The translations under genes and the position numbers were made by a program. Source: an uncultured Gammaproteobacteria bacterium (lineage in GTDB: Bacteria; Pseudomonadota; Gammaproteobacteria; UBA9214). Taken from it: a DNA stretch of 64,000 nucleotides. Below are positions 53,784 to 64,000 of this stretch, piece by piece (positions within the stretch are counted from its first letter, which is position 1; every line of letters begins with the position of its first letter). The notes under the pieces were generated by a model that was not told the origin of the DNA, searched no databases, and was given only the letters and a program-made list of their open reading frames with translations. The stretch lies in assembly GCA_963748215.1 (NCBI GenBank), contig CAVVHS010000007.1:64001-128000 (forward strand), written 5' to 3'.

Positions 53784-54674
53784 ATGGAATTCCCGACCAT
53801 TGAGGCAACGATCGGCAATACGCCACTGGTGCGTCTGCAGCGGCTGCCGGGTGCGACGGGCAACGCCGTGCTGGCAAAACTCGAGGGCAACAACCCGGCC
53901 GGGTCGGTGAAGGATCGTCCGGCGCTGAGCATGATCCGCCACGCCGAATTGCGCGGCGAAATCAGACCGGGCGACACCCTGATCGAGGCCACCAGCGGCA
54001 ATACCGGTATTGCGCTGGCGATGGTCGCGGCGATCAAGGGCTATCGCATGGTGCTGATCATGCCCGAACACATGAGCGTCGAACGGCGCGCCGTGATGAA
54101 GGCGTACGGCGCCGAAATCGTGCTGGTGAGCAAGGCCGCCAGCATGGAAGGCGCGCGTGACCTGGCCAAGGAGATGGAGACGCGCGGCGAGGGCAAGGTG
54201 CTCGACCAGTTTTCCAATCCCGACAATCCGCTTGCACATTACGAAGGCACCGGCCCGGAGATCTGGCGTGATACCGGGGGCAGGGTGACCCACTTCGTCA
54301 GTGCCATGGGCACCACCGGTACCATCATGGGGACCTCGCGCTACCTCAAGGAGCAGAATCCGGGCATCGAGATCGTCGGCGTCACGCCGGCCGAGGGCTC
54401 GGCGATTCCCGGCATACGCCGCTGGCCGGAGGCCTATCTGCCGTCCATTTTCAACGCTGCTGACGTGGACCGGACCATCGAGGTGACCCAGGCCGACGCC
54501 GAGGCGACCACGCTGGCGCTGGCGGCGCGTGAAGGCATCTTCGCCGGAATCTCGTCAGGTGGCGCGGTAGCCGCTGCCCTGGCGCTGGCGCGGCAGGTCG
54601 AAAACGCCATCATCGTGGCCATCATCTGCGACCGTGGTGACCGTTACCTCTCCACCGGGGTGTTTCCCGACTGA
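53784..54674 (+). CDS. cysM: Cysteine synthase B
   Basis: KLEGNNPAGSVKDR, TSGNTG, GTTGT, CDRGDRYLS. Confidence 0.95.
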   Translation: MEFPTIEATIGNTPLVRLQRLPGATGNAVLAKLEGNNPAGSVKDRPALSMIRHAELRGEIRPGDTLIEATSGNTGIALAMVAAIKGYRMVLIMPEHMSVERRAVMKAYGAEIVLVSKAASMEGARDLAKEMETRGEGKVLDQFSNPDNPLAHYEGTGPEIWRDTGGRVTHFVSAMGTTGTIMGTSRYLKEQNPGIEIVGVTPAEGSAIPGIRRWPEAYLPSIFNAADVDRTIEVTQADAEATTLALAAREGIFAGISSGGAVAAALALARQVENAIIVAIICDRGDRYLSTGVFPD

Positions 54675-56758
54675 ATGCCCATGCCCGGAGCACGGGTCAT
54701 CGCGGGATTGCTGCCGGGCCTGTGTCTGCTGGCGGTGACGAGTTTCTCTACCCTGGCCGTCGACGAGGCCGGTATCACGCTCGGCAGTGTGTCAGGGCCG
54801 GGCTGGTCGGTCGAGGACATCGCGCTGCATACCGGCTGGCCGCAGACCGGGCAGGCCAGCGTGCTGCTGACCGCGGCACGCGCCGACCTGCCGGAGCCGC
54901 TGGGTCGCATCACCGGTCTCAAGCTGACCTGCCCGGCACTGCAACTCGATAGCGAGATGCTCCGCTGTGCGGCCGGCACCCTCGAAGCACAATCCAGCCA
55001 GCTCGACCGTCAGACGAATCACAAGCAGCTTCAGTATCGCTTCAGCGATGGCCGGCTCGAGGTACGCCTGCAGGGTATCCGTTACCTGGGCGGACAACTC
55101 GCGCTGGCCGCGCGCTACACGGCAGCCGGCTGGACGCTGGATGTCGACGGCCGCAGCCTGTCGCTGCAGCAGGTAACCGCACAGGCCGGCAGGCTGGGGT
55201 ATCCGCTGCCGCTGCTGGAGGGTGACGGCGAGCTTGCGCTCACGGCCAGCCTGCGTGGTGCCGGTGGCGAGATCGCGGCTGCCGATGTACAGACCCGGGT
55301 GCAGGGGGCGGGGATTTCCAATGCGGCGGGCAGCATCGCCGGGGAGGATGTGGATCTCGGCATCGACGTGCAGGCCCGGCCGTATTCCTCCGGCTGGCAC
55401 GTGCAGCTGGCCGTGCGCGCCGAACGCGGCGGGTACTACGTGGAACCGGTGTATCTTGCCATCCCGGAACGGCCGGTGGAGGCCACGGTGCGCCTGGACT
55501 GGCTGGCACAGCGCAAGGTGCTCGTGTGCACGAACTCGACTACCGCCACCCCGGCTGCATCCAGCTGGCCGCGCGGGGCCGTATCGGTCTCGCGGCGGCG
55601 ACACTGGTGACCGAGCTTGAAGTCGATGTGCAGGAGGCCGCGCTGGGCCCGCTGTACATCAGCTACCTGCAGCCGTGGCTGACCGGTACGCCGGCCGGGC
55701 GCCTGACGGCGTCCGGTGCGCTGTCCGGCCGCCTGGTGGTGCGCGACAATGCCCCCGTCACGGCACAGCTGAAACTTCAGGATGTCAACCTGGATGACCA
55801 GGATGGCCTGTTCGGGTTCACGGGGCTGGCCGGTAACCTGGACTGGTCAGACACGCAGACCCCCGAATATTCAGCACTGACCTGGCAGGACGGTCATGTC
55901 TACCGCATCGCGCTGGGGCCGGTGCAGATCGAAGCGGAGTCGGTCGGCAACACGGTGCAGCTGGTGCGCCCGACCGGTATCCCGGTGCTGGACGGTACGC
56001 TGCAGATCGATTCCTTCGACCTGGCCCATGTCGCCGGAAAGCCCTTGCGCTGGCATGTGGATGGCCTGCTCACGCCGGTGTCGATGAAACAGCTCACCGC
56101 GGCGCTGGACTGGCCGGAATTCGGTGGCAAGCTGTCGGGCGTGATTCCGTCAGTCCGCTACGAGGACGGCAAGCTGGAAGTCGGTGGCGTGTTGCTGGTA
56201 CGCGTCTTCGATGGTGTGGTCACGCTGCGCAACCTGCAGCTGGACAGCCCGCTGGGGCTGGTGCCGCGCCTGCAGGTGGACGCGCGCATCGACAAGGTCG
56301 ACCTGGAACAGCTCACGCGGACTTTCTCCTTCGGCCGCATCGAGGGCCGTCTGGATGGCCGTATCGACGGCCTGCGCATGGAGTCCTGGCGACCGGTGGC
56401 GTTCGATGCGGAGTTTGCCACGCCCGAGGATGACAGGTCGCGGCACCGCATCAGCCAGAAGGCCGTCGACAATATCGCCAATATCGGCGGTGGGGGTGTC
56501 GGCGGCGCGGTGTCGCGCAGTTTCCTGCGCTTCCTGGAGGATTTTCCCTATGACCGGCTCGGGATCCGCTGCCGGCTGGAGAACGGCGTGTGCGATATGG
56601 GTGGCGTGGAGCCTGCGCAACAGGGCTACTACCTGGTCAAGGGGCGGTTCATCCCGCCGCGCCTGGACGTGGTCGGCTACGCGGAGCGGGTCAACTGGAA
56701 CAGCCTGGTGGCACAGATAATTTCAGTCACCGGCAAGCAGAATATTGTCGTAGAATGA
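54675..56758 (+). CDS. YdbH-like (AsmA-like) envelope protein, frameshift near 55525
   Basis: Long beta-rich exported protein over two overlapping frames, upstream of a YnbE/YdbL-like gene. Confidence 0.65.
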
Positions 56759-56842
56759 CCCGGCATGCCGGCGCCGTGTTAACCTCCCGGCCATAATTCC
56801 GTTAGTGATTTGAAGAGTTTCCAAACCTGCCAGAGGTATGTC

Positions 56843-57478
56843 ATGACAACACTGCGTATTCCGATGTCCCTGTTCCTGCTGCTGTTCGTCACCGCCTGCG
56901 TTACCATCAACGTGTATTTTCCGGCCGAGGCGGCCGAGAAGGCCGCGGACCGGATCATCATGGACGTCTACGGCGTTGCCCCGCCGCAAGTACCTCAGAC
57001 ACCGCAGACACCCCAGGTGCCGCAGCAGGCGCCGGCACAGCCGCAATCCATGCGCGATGTGACCGGATTACCGGCCCGGGCGTTGTCGGTTGTACTCGAC
57101 TGGCTGGTGAGCCCGGCGCATGCCGAAGCCGATCTGTCGATCAATACCCCGGCGATCCGGCAGCTCACCGCAAGCATGGAGGCGCGCCATCGTACGCTGG
57201 GGCCGTACTATGCCTCGGGGGCCGTAGGCATGACGCGTGATGGCCAGATCGACGTGCGCGACCAGAAGCTGGTGCCGCTGGCGGAGCGCAACACGGTCCG
57301 CAACCTGGTGGCGGAGGAAAACCGCGACCGCAGCGCACTGTATGCCGAGATGGCGAATGCCAACGGTCACCCGGAATGGGAGGGCGAGATTCGCGCGACG
57401 TTTGCCCGTCGCTGGGTGGACAATGCGCGTGCCGGCTGGTGGTACATGGACGGCAGCGGCGCCTGGAAACAGAAATAG
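56843..57478 (+). CDS. YdbL (DUF1318) family lipoprotein with YnbE-like N-terminus
   Basis: Lipobox VTAC, VTINVYFP, Gln/Pro linker, ENRDRSALY, GWW..W. Confidence 0.78.
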   Translation: MTTLRIPMSLFLLLFVTACVTINVYFPAEAAEKAADRIIMDVYGVAPPQVPQTPQTPQVPQQAPAQPQSMRDVTGLPARALSVVLDWLVSPAHAEADLSINTPAIRQLTASMEARHRTLGPYYASGAVGMTRDGQIDVRDQKLVPLAERNTVRNLVAEENRDRSALYAEMANANGHPEWEGEIRATFARRWVDNARAGWWYMDGSGAWKQK

Positions 57479-57507
57479 GTCGCGGAAGACACGTCGCAAC
57501 TATTACA

Positions 57508-57589
57508 GCCACAGAGGGCACAGAGTACACAGAGACTTTGACTGTCAAGAGAAACGGATTTTCTCTGTGACCTCTGTGTGCCCTGTGGC
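57508..57589. repeat. Inverted repeat built from 9-bp periodic units
   Basis: GCCACAGAG-GGCACAGAG-TACACAGAG ... CTCTGTGAC-CTCTGTGTG-CCCTGTGGC. Confidence 0.8.
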
Positions 57590-57604
57590 GTATATTCCCG
57601 TCTC

Positions 57605-58381
57605 ATGAACATATTCGTATTCGATATCGAGACCGTGCCGGACGTGGCGGCCGGCCGGCGCCTGTACGAGCTTGACGGCCTGGATGACAAGGACGTCGGA
57701 CGGGTGATGTTTCACAAACGCGCTGAGGAAACCGGTGGTTCCGAATTCCTGCGCCACCACCTGCATCGCATTGTCGCGATATCCGTAGTCTTGCGTACGC
57801 CGGATCGGTTCAAGGTATGGACACTCGGCGACACCGATGCGCCGGAGCAGGAACTGCTGCAGCGGTTTTTCGATGGTATCGACCGCTTCACGCCGACGCT
57901 GGTGTCCTGGAACGGCTCCGGCTTCGACCTGCCGGTGATTCACTATCGCAGCCTGCTGCGTGGCGTTGCCGCCCCGCGTTACTGGGAAACCGGTGGCAGC
58001 GACCGGGAGTTCAAGTGGAATAACTACATCAGTCGCTATCATGAGCGGCACACCGACCTGATGGATGTACTGGCAGGCTACCAGCCGCGCGCCAGTGCGA
58101 AACTGGACGAAATCGCGACCCTGCTGGGTTTCCCCGGCAAGATGGGCATGAGCGGCGCGCATGTCTGGGACAGCTACCTGGCCGGCGATATCGACGGCAT
58201 ACGCAATTACTGCGAAACCGACGTGCTGAATACCTACCTGGTGTTCCAGCGCTTCGAGCTGATCCGCGGCCACCTCAGTGCGGACCAGTATCGCAAGGTG
58301 TGTAACGAGGTGCGCGCGGAGCTGGCTGCAGAGGACAAGCCACACCTTTCCGAGTTTCTCGAGAACTGGCAGGAAACATGA
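57605..58381 (+). CDS. PolB-like 3'-5' exonuclease domain protein
   Basis: ExoI FDIET, ExoII WNGSGFD, ExoIII YCETD. Confidence 0.9.
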   Translation: MNIFVFDIETVPDVAAGRRLYELDGLDDKDVGRVMFHKRAEETGGSEFLRHHLHRIVAISVVLRTPDRFKVWTLGDTDAPEQELLQRFFDGIDRFTPTLVSWNGSGFDLPVIHYRSLLRGVAAPRYWETGGSDREFKWNNYISRYHERHTDLMDVLAGYQPRASAKLDEIATLLGFPGKMGMSGAHVWDSYLAGDIDGIRNYCETDVLNTYLVFQRFELIRGHLSADQYRKVCNEVRAELAAEDKPHLSEFLENWQET

Positions 58382-58384
58382 CCT

Positions 58385-58526
58385 TGCGCAGAGACGCAGA
58401 GTTCGCAGAGGCAGCAACAAGGCCTGAACCCCTGCATTTCATCAGGCAAGGTTGTTGAAGCGCAGGCGTATGGATTCCTGTGTATGTCGGCAATGTTTTT
58501 TCTGCGAACTCTGCGTCTCTGCGCGA
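58385..58526. repeat. Inverted repeat built from 9-bp periodic units
   Basis: GCGCAGAG-ACGCAGAG-TTCGCAGAG ... TCTGCGAACTCTGCGTCTCTGCGC. Confidence 0.8.
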
Positions 58527-58593
58527 GATAATTAACCTCATTTATTTTCACCGCGGTCTCGGTTGCTGATTTCGTTCTCCACTACCCCGAATC

Positions 58594-59925
58594 ATGAGTA
58601 AACGTACCCGCAAGAAGCGCCTGCCAGGTCCGGTCGATCAGGTCACGATCGAATCGCTGACGCACGACGGCCGGGGCGTGACGCATGTCGATGGCAAGGC
58701 CGTGTTCATCGAGGGTGCGCTGCCCGGCGAACTGATCCGATTCGAGTACCTGGCCACACACAGTAAATTCGATGAAGGCAGGGCCACCGGAATACACCGG
58801 GCCTCGGCGGACCGCGTCACGCCGCGTTGTCCGCATTTCGGTATCTGCGGCGGTTGCAGCCTGCAGCATCTGGAGGCCGGTGCGCAGATCCGCGCCAAGC
58901 AGCAGGTGCTGCTGGACAACCTGCAGCGGATCGGCGGCGTCGTCCCGGAAGACATCCTGCCGCCCCTGACCGGGCCGGTCTGGGGTTACCGCAACAAGGC
59001 CCGCCTGGGTGTCAAGTACGTCATCAAGAAGGGCAGGGTGCTGGTCGGCTTCCGGGAACGGCGTGCCCCCTATGTCGCCGACCTGACGCGCTGCGAGGTT
59101 CTGCACCCGTCAGTCGGTGAGCGTATCGATCAGCTGGCTACACTGCTGGGCGAGCTGGACGGTCGTGCCCGCATTCCGCAGATAGAGGTCGCCGTGAGTG
59201 ATGCAGCCACAGCACTGGTGTTTCGCCACCTCGATCCACTGAGCGCGGCCGATCAGACGCGCCTGCAGGGGGTCGCGGACGAGCTGCGGATGCATGTCTA
59301 CCTGCAGCCGGCGGGGCCGGACACTGTGCATTCCCTCATGCCGGTCAACTCGGTACTGTCCTACAGCCTGCCGGAACAGCAAGTGGAGCTGCGTTTCAGG
59401 CCCAACGATTTCACCCAGGTCAACAGCGTTATCAATCGCCAGATGGTTGCGCGCGTACTGGAGATGCTGGCGCTGGACCGGTCCGATACCGTGCTTGACC
59501 TGTTTTGCGGGCTGGGTAATTTCACGCTGCCGATGGCGCGCCTGGCCGGATCGGTGACCGGCGTGGAAGGTGAGGCCGGGCTGGTTGACCGCGCGCGCGA
59601 TAACGCCAGGCTGAACGGGCTGGATAATATCGCATTACATGTCGCCGACCTGACTGCAGACCAGCGCCATGTGGCGTGGGCCGGTGGCGGCTACAACAAG
59701 GTACTGCTCGATCCGCCGCGCAGCGGCGCGGTCGGGGTGCTGGATGTGCTGGGCAATATCCATCCGCAGCGCCTGGTCTACGTGTCCTGTCATCCCGGTT
59801 CACTGGCGCGCGATGCAGGTATGCTGGTCAGTACGTACGGTTACCGTTTGCGGGCTGCAGGAGTGATGGATATGTTCCCGCATACCGCACACGTGGAATC
59901 GATTGCGCTGTTCGAATCCGCCTGA
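58594..59925 (+). CDS. rlmD: 23S rRNA (uracil1939-C5)-methyltransferase
   Basis: TRAM domain, CPHFGICGGCSLQH, FTQVN, DLFCGLG, LDPPRSG, YVSC, DMFPHT. Confidence 0.95.
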   Translation: MSKRTRKKRLPGPVDQVTIESLTHDGRGVTHVDGKAVFIEGALPGELIRFEYLATHSKFDEGRATGIHRASADRVTPRCPHFGICGGCSLQHLEAGAQIRAKQQVLLDNLQRIGGVVPEDILPPLTGPVWGYRNKARLGVKYVIKKGRVLVGFRERRAPYVADLTRCEVLHPSVGERIDQLATLLGELDGRARIPQIEVAVSDAATALVFRHLDPLSAADQTRLQGVADELRMHVYLQPAGPDTVHSLMPVNSVLSYSLPEQQVELRFRPNDFTQVNSVINRQMVARVLEMLALDRSDTVLDLFCGLGNFTLPMARLAGSVTGVEGEAGLVDRARDNARLNGLDNIALHVADLTADQRHVAWAGGGYNKVLLDPPRSGAVGVLDVLGNIHPQRLVYVSCHPGSLARDAGMLVSTYGYRLRAAGVMDMFPHTAHVESIALFESA

Positions 59926-60088
59926 AAGGGAGGCGACATTGTGGCCGTGAATCCTGCAGACATCGCCGGCTGCTGTCTTGCGATGCGCCCGGCAACGAAA
60001 ACCCGGCGCTGCAGCACGGCCACAGCCACCCTGTCGTTGCGCCGTTGTTCATTCCGTCACCGTATGCCAGGTTCCCGGACCGGGATCG

Positions 60089-60685
60089 CTACTGGCGATA
60101 CCAGGTTTTCCTGAGTGCCTTGAACACCCGACGTGGGTACCAGTGTTTGCCAACGCTGCCGTTGTAGCGTGCCAGTGCCTTGTGCAGGTTGCCTCTCTCG
60201 CGTTTCAGGTAGATGCTGAGGATGGTGCAGCCAAAGCGCAGGTTGGTGGCGATGTCGAACAGGTTGTCTTCCGGATGACCGATCTCGTCCAGCCAGAACG
60301 GCATGATCTGCATCATGCCCTGTGCGCCGGCGGTGGAGATTGCGAAGCGATCGAAATTGCTTTCCACAGTGATCAGTGCCAGCACCAGCTCCGGTTCCAG
60401 GCCGGCGCGCCGGGCCTCGTAATGTACCTGCTTGAGGAAGTGCAGACGCTCCTGCGGGTCCTCGATGCGGGGCTCCAGGCGGTTGGACATGTCGGTAAGC
60501 CAGACCTCGGCATCGAAGCGGTCGATGAAGCTGTCGCTGGAGTTGATCGCCTCGATCAGCACCTGGCGCATTTCGGCATCCGGGCGTTCCAGGGTGGCGC
60601 TGCGGGTCTGCGGTGCGAGCAGCAGCAGGCCCGCCAGATAAACGGCAGTCAGGTAACGGGTTGTTTGCGGCGTGTGTGACGGCAT
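60089..60685 (-). CDS. SLT-domain lytic transglycosylase
   Basis: VESNFD, GAQGMMQIMP, ARYNG. Confidence 0.9.
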   Translation of the reverse strand: MPSHTPQTTRYLTAVYLAGLLLLAPQTRSATLERPDAEMRQVLIEAINSSDSFIDRFDAEVWLTDMSNRLEPRIEDPQERLHFLKQVHYEARRAGLEPELVLALITVESNFDRFAISTAGAQGMMQIMPFWLDEIGHPEDNLFDIATNLRFGCTILSIYLKRERGNLHKALARYNGSVGKHWYPRRVFKALRKTWYRQ

Positions 60686-60700
60686 ACCCGGTGTAACGGC

Positions 60701-62412
60701 TTAGTCCAGCAGCAGTTGATCCTGCAGGAAGGCGACGATTCCGCTACGCGGTATTTCCCGGTTCTCGCCGTCGCGCCGGGATTTGTATTCCAGTATGTCG
60801 TGATCGAGGTTTTTCTCACCCACCACGATACGGTGGGGAATGCCGATCAGCTCCATGTCGGAGAACATCACGCCGGGGCGCACCGGGCGGTCATCGAGCA
60901 GGACCTCGAAACCGGCCGCCAGCAACTCCTCGTAGAGCGCTTCGGTCGCCTCGCGCACCCGCTGGGATTTCTTCATGTTCATCGGCAGCAGCGCGACCTG
61001 GAAGGGTGCGATCGCATCCGGCCAGATGATGCCCTGCTCGTCGTTATTCTGCTCGATGGCGGCCGCGACCATGCGCGAGACGCCGATGCCGTAGCAGCCC
61101 ATGACCATGGGAATTTCCCTGCCCTGGTCATCCAGCACGGTGGCCTTCATCGCCTCGCTGTAGCGGGTCCCGAGCTGGAAGATATGGCCGACCTCGATGC
61201 CGCGTGCGATCACAAGCATGCCCTTGCCATCGGGGCTGGGGTCGCCGTCCACCACGTTACGCAGGTCGACGCTGTCCGGTGCAGGCAGGTCCCGCCCCCA
61301 GTTTACGCCACGCAGGTGCTGTCCATCCGTATTGGCACCGCAGATAAAATCTGCCAGCTGTGCGGCTGCATGGTCGACGATGACCGGGATCTGCAACCCG
61401 ACCGGCCCCAGCGAACCGCTCGGGCAGCCGGTCGATGCGATGATCTGGGCATCAGAGGCGAATTCCAGCGGCGCCTGGACGGCTGGGTGTTTTTCTGCCT
61501 TGATGGCGTTCAGGTCGTGGTCGCCGCGCAGCACCAGTGCGACGGCATCTGTTTTCTGCCCCTTACCACCAGGGTCTTGACGCACTGCTCAGGCCTGGCG
61601 TCCAGGAACGCACAAACCTCGGCAATACTGTGTGCTCCGGGCGTCGCCACGGTCTCCAGCTGCGCCTGCGGCGCCGGTGGCGTATCTGTTGCGGGTGGCG
61701 CCGGGACGGTCTCGACGTTGCCGGCGAAGTCGCTGTCGGTGGAAAACGCGATGGCGTCCTCACCGGAATCAGCCAGGACATGGAATTCCTGCGACATGCT
61801 GCCGCCGATGGCGCCGCTGTCCGCGCGCACGGCCCGGAATTTCAGGCCGGTGCGGCTGAAGATGCGCGAGTAGGTCTCGTACATGACCTGGTAGGTCGCT
61901 TCCAGCGAGGCCTGGTCGGCATGGAAGGAATAGGCGTCCTTCATGAGAAATTCACGCGCCCGCATGACGCCGAAGCGCGGGCGTATCTCGTCGCGGAACT
62001 TGGTCTGGATCTGGTAATAGTTGACCGGCAGCTGCTTGTAGCTGCGCAGCTCGCGGCGGGCGATGTCGGTGATGATTTCCTCGTGCGTCGGCCCGAAGCA
62101 GAATTCACGCGAGTGGCGGTCATTGATGCGCAGCAATTCCGGCCCGTACTTGTCCCAGCGACCGGATTCCTGCCAGAGCTCGGCCGGCTGTATGGCCGGC
62201 ATCAGCAGTTCCAGGGCGCCGGAATTGTCCATCTCCTCGCGCACGATGGCTTCGACCTTGCGCAGTACGCGCAGACCGAGCGGCAGCCAGCTGTAGACAC
62301 CGGCGGCCTGCTTGCGCAGCATGCCGGCACGCATCATGAGCTGGTGGCTGATGACCTCGGCATCGGCCGGGGTTTCTTTGAGGGTGGAGAGCGGGAATTG
62401 GGACAGGCGCAT
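60701..62412 (-). CDS. proS: Prolyl-tRNA synthetase, frameshift near 61565
   Basis: [31 protein letters not shown] editing domain, [18 protein letters not shown]. Confidence 0.95.
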
Positions 62413-62475
62413 GATAAGCGGAATGTATGGTTTGACAGGTTGCAGATTGTAGCGGTCCTGCCGGTATTGTACAGG

Positions 62476-62745
62476 CTAGCGCGTGGTGTCGAGCTGGGGC
62501 GGCACCGGCAGCACATTGACGTCCTCGCGGTAGTCAAGCGTCTCAAAGGAGGTGCCCGCCGGGGGCGGGGTATCGGTCACCTGCCATTCACCGCGGTCGT
62601 TGCGCCACTTGTAGAGTCGATCGGTCCCCGGGGTCGAAACGGCGTGTGGCAGGAGATCTTTCAGGTCTTTGACGGAGTCCGGATTGGTGTAGAGCCAGAG
62701 TCCGGCGCCTGCGGCCAGGATCACCAGCATCCAGACCGGCCGCAT
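62476..62745 (-). CDS. DUF4124-like protein
   Basis: N-terminal transmembrane segment; LYKWRNDRGEWQVTDTPP. Confidence 0.75.
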   Translation of the reverse strand: MRPVWMLVILAAGAGLWLYTNPDSVKDLKDLLPHAVSTPGTDRLYKWRNDRGEWQVTDTPPPAGTSFETLDYREDVNVLPVPPQLDTTR

Positions 62746-63089
62746 CAGAATGTGCCGCTGTTCCAGCCCCACATCTTGCGGGGTGCATCGCTGAATTCGA
62801 TATAGATACGCTCCGGGTCGATACCGGCTTCCCCGGCAACCAGCTGGCACAGGACGCGGGACGCGTCTGCGGTAGCAGATTCCGGCAAGCCGATACTTTT
62901 AAGTTCCAGGTAAGCCAGCGGGGCATCGGTGCCGGCAAACAGCATGGCGGGATTGTGTTCCACGGAGGTCATCACATAGCGCTCGGGCTTGCCCAGTTGC
63001 TCGGCCACCAGCGCGGAGGCCCTGGCGGCTAGACTCTTCGCCTGTGCGGGTGCCAGCCCGGTATTGACCTGGATCCTGAGAAATGGCAT
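62745..63089 (-). CDS. MIF / phenylpyruvate tautomerase-family protein
   Basis: Catalytic Pro1 (MPFL), LGKPERYV, LKSIG, RIYIEF..WGWNSGTF. Confidence 0.9.
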   Translation of the reverse strand: MPFLRIQVNTGLAPAQAKSLAARASALVAEQLGKPERYVMTSVEHNPAMLFAGTDAPLAYLELKSIGLPESATADASRVLCQLVAGEAGIDPERIYIEFSDAPRKMWGWNSGTF

Positions 63090-63556
63090 TACTTCGTTTC
63101 TTTTTTGCAGAACATCTCGATCTGCTTGTTGGCCTCGCCAATGCGTTTCTGGCGCTCTTCCTCGCCCATGGTGATGTATTCCCCCGCATCGTTGCGATAG
63201 CGCAGGTGTCCGCCCATGTTGAGCTGGGCGAGGTTGTTGCGTGCGATGGTGCAGTTTTGCTTGGAAATCTTCGCCACTTCGGCCTCGTACTCGGCCATGG
63301 CCTCCGCATCGGTCTGGGACGCTGATTTACCGGAATCTGCTTCCCCGGCAGGGGCTTCGACTTCGACATCGGCATCACTCTGGGCCTGAAGGGTGCCCGG
63401 ATGCTCGTTCGTCTGGATGCGGACATATTTGATACCGGGCGGCGGCGGCATCTGGGTGTATTGAACCTCGTTGTTTTCATTGATCCATTTGTATACATCC
63501 GCGCTTGCCGCAGACTGCAGCAGCAACAGGCAGACCGTCAGGATGAGGGAAAACAT
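63089..63556 (-). CDS. DUF4124-domain exported protein
   Basis: Signal peptide, VYKW..YTQMPP, C-terminal CxxARNNL..C coiled region. Confidence 0.82.
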   Translation of the reverse strand: MFSLILTVCLLLLQSAASADVYKWINENNEVQYTQMPPPPGIKYVRIQTNEHPGTLQAQSDADVEVEAPAGEADSGKSASQTDAEAMAEYEAEVAKISKQNCTIARNNLAQLNMGGHLRYRNDAGEYITMGEEERQKRIGEANKQIEMFCKKETK

Positions 63557-63724
63557 CGGGTTACGTGACACAGCAGGTAAGTGCGCGAGAATCATGGCTA
63601 AGTCCCTGTAATGTAAATCTGTACGGATACTATGGTTAATTCGGTGTCAGAACAAGTCATCCGATCACAGAATTCATGTCAGACAGTCTGACACCCGGGT
63701 TCTATCGGCAGTCCCGGGAATCCC

Positions 63725-63753
63725 TTGACCTTTACCTTGATTATCAGTAGTTT
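63725..63753 (+). promoter_or_regulatory. Putative sigma70 promoter for the ilv operon
   Basis: TTGACC-N17-TAGTTT. Confidence 0.55.
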
Positions 63754-63780
63754 TCTGGGTTTCAAGCAGGTGACCGGATT

Positions 63781-63803
63781 GCCCGTGTAGCGGGCTTTTT
63801 TTT
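63781..63803 (+). terminator. Terminator-like hairpin in the ilv leader
   Basis: GCCCG-TGTAG-CGGGC followed by eight T, about 40 nt before the start codon. Confidence 0.65.
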
Positions 63804-63844
63804 ACGCAATCACAATGCACTAGGGCGAGTCTCAGGAGTATCGG

Positions 63845-64000
63845 GTGGAATTGACAGGTGCGGAAATATTTGTGCGTTCACTGCAGGACGAGGGTGTCGA
63901 GTTTGTCTTCGGCTACCCGGGTGGTGCGGTGTTGCACATCTACGATGCACTGTATACACAGGACAAGGTCAAACACATCCTGGTGCGCCATGAGCAGGCG
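63845..64000 (+). CDS. ilvI: Acetolactate synthase large subunit, 3'-truncated by window edge
   Basis: GTG start after AGGAG; translates [45 protein letters not shown]. Confidence 0.9.
   Translation, partial: MELTGAEIFVRSLQDEGVEFVFGYPGGAVLHIYDALYTQDKVKHILVRHEQA

Overview
GC-rich gammaproteobacterial chromosome segment, mostly core genes: purT, nth with rsxABCDGE, metG/apbC/dcd, deaD, purN/purM/hda, wrbA/arsC/fumarate hydratase, nadB, rpoE-rseABC-degP-lepAB-rnc-era-recO-pdxJ, cysM, rlmD, proS and the start of ilvI. Accessory content includes an MNIO (DUF692) RiPP cluster with an EGKCG-repeat precursor (Hvf/oxazolin-like), a nitrilase, a ferritin-like protein and several envelope proteins. Eight genes, several essential, carry frameshifts that look like sequencing or consensus indels. 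The most unusual signal is intergenic: several families of small palindromic elements, including an 8 x 120-bp REP-doublet array, MITE-like elements starting at TAG codons, 9-bp-period inverted repeats, and a 42-55-nt mini-insert found three times immediately after CAT (CAT^CC at two sites) inside other repeats, nested up to three deep, with filled and empty versions of one site both visible. No transposase, CRISPR array, tRNA or rRNA was recognised. All calls come from motif recognition and gene order; no database searches were run.
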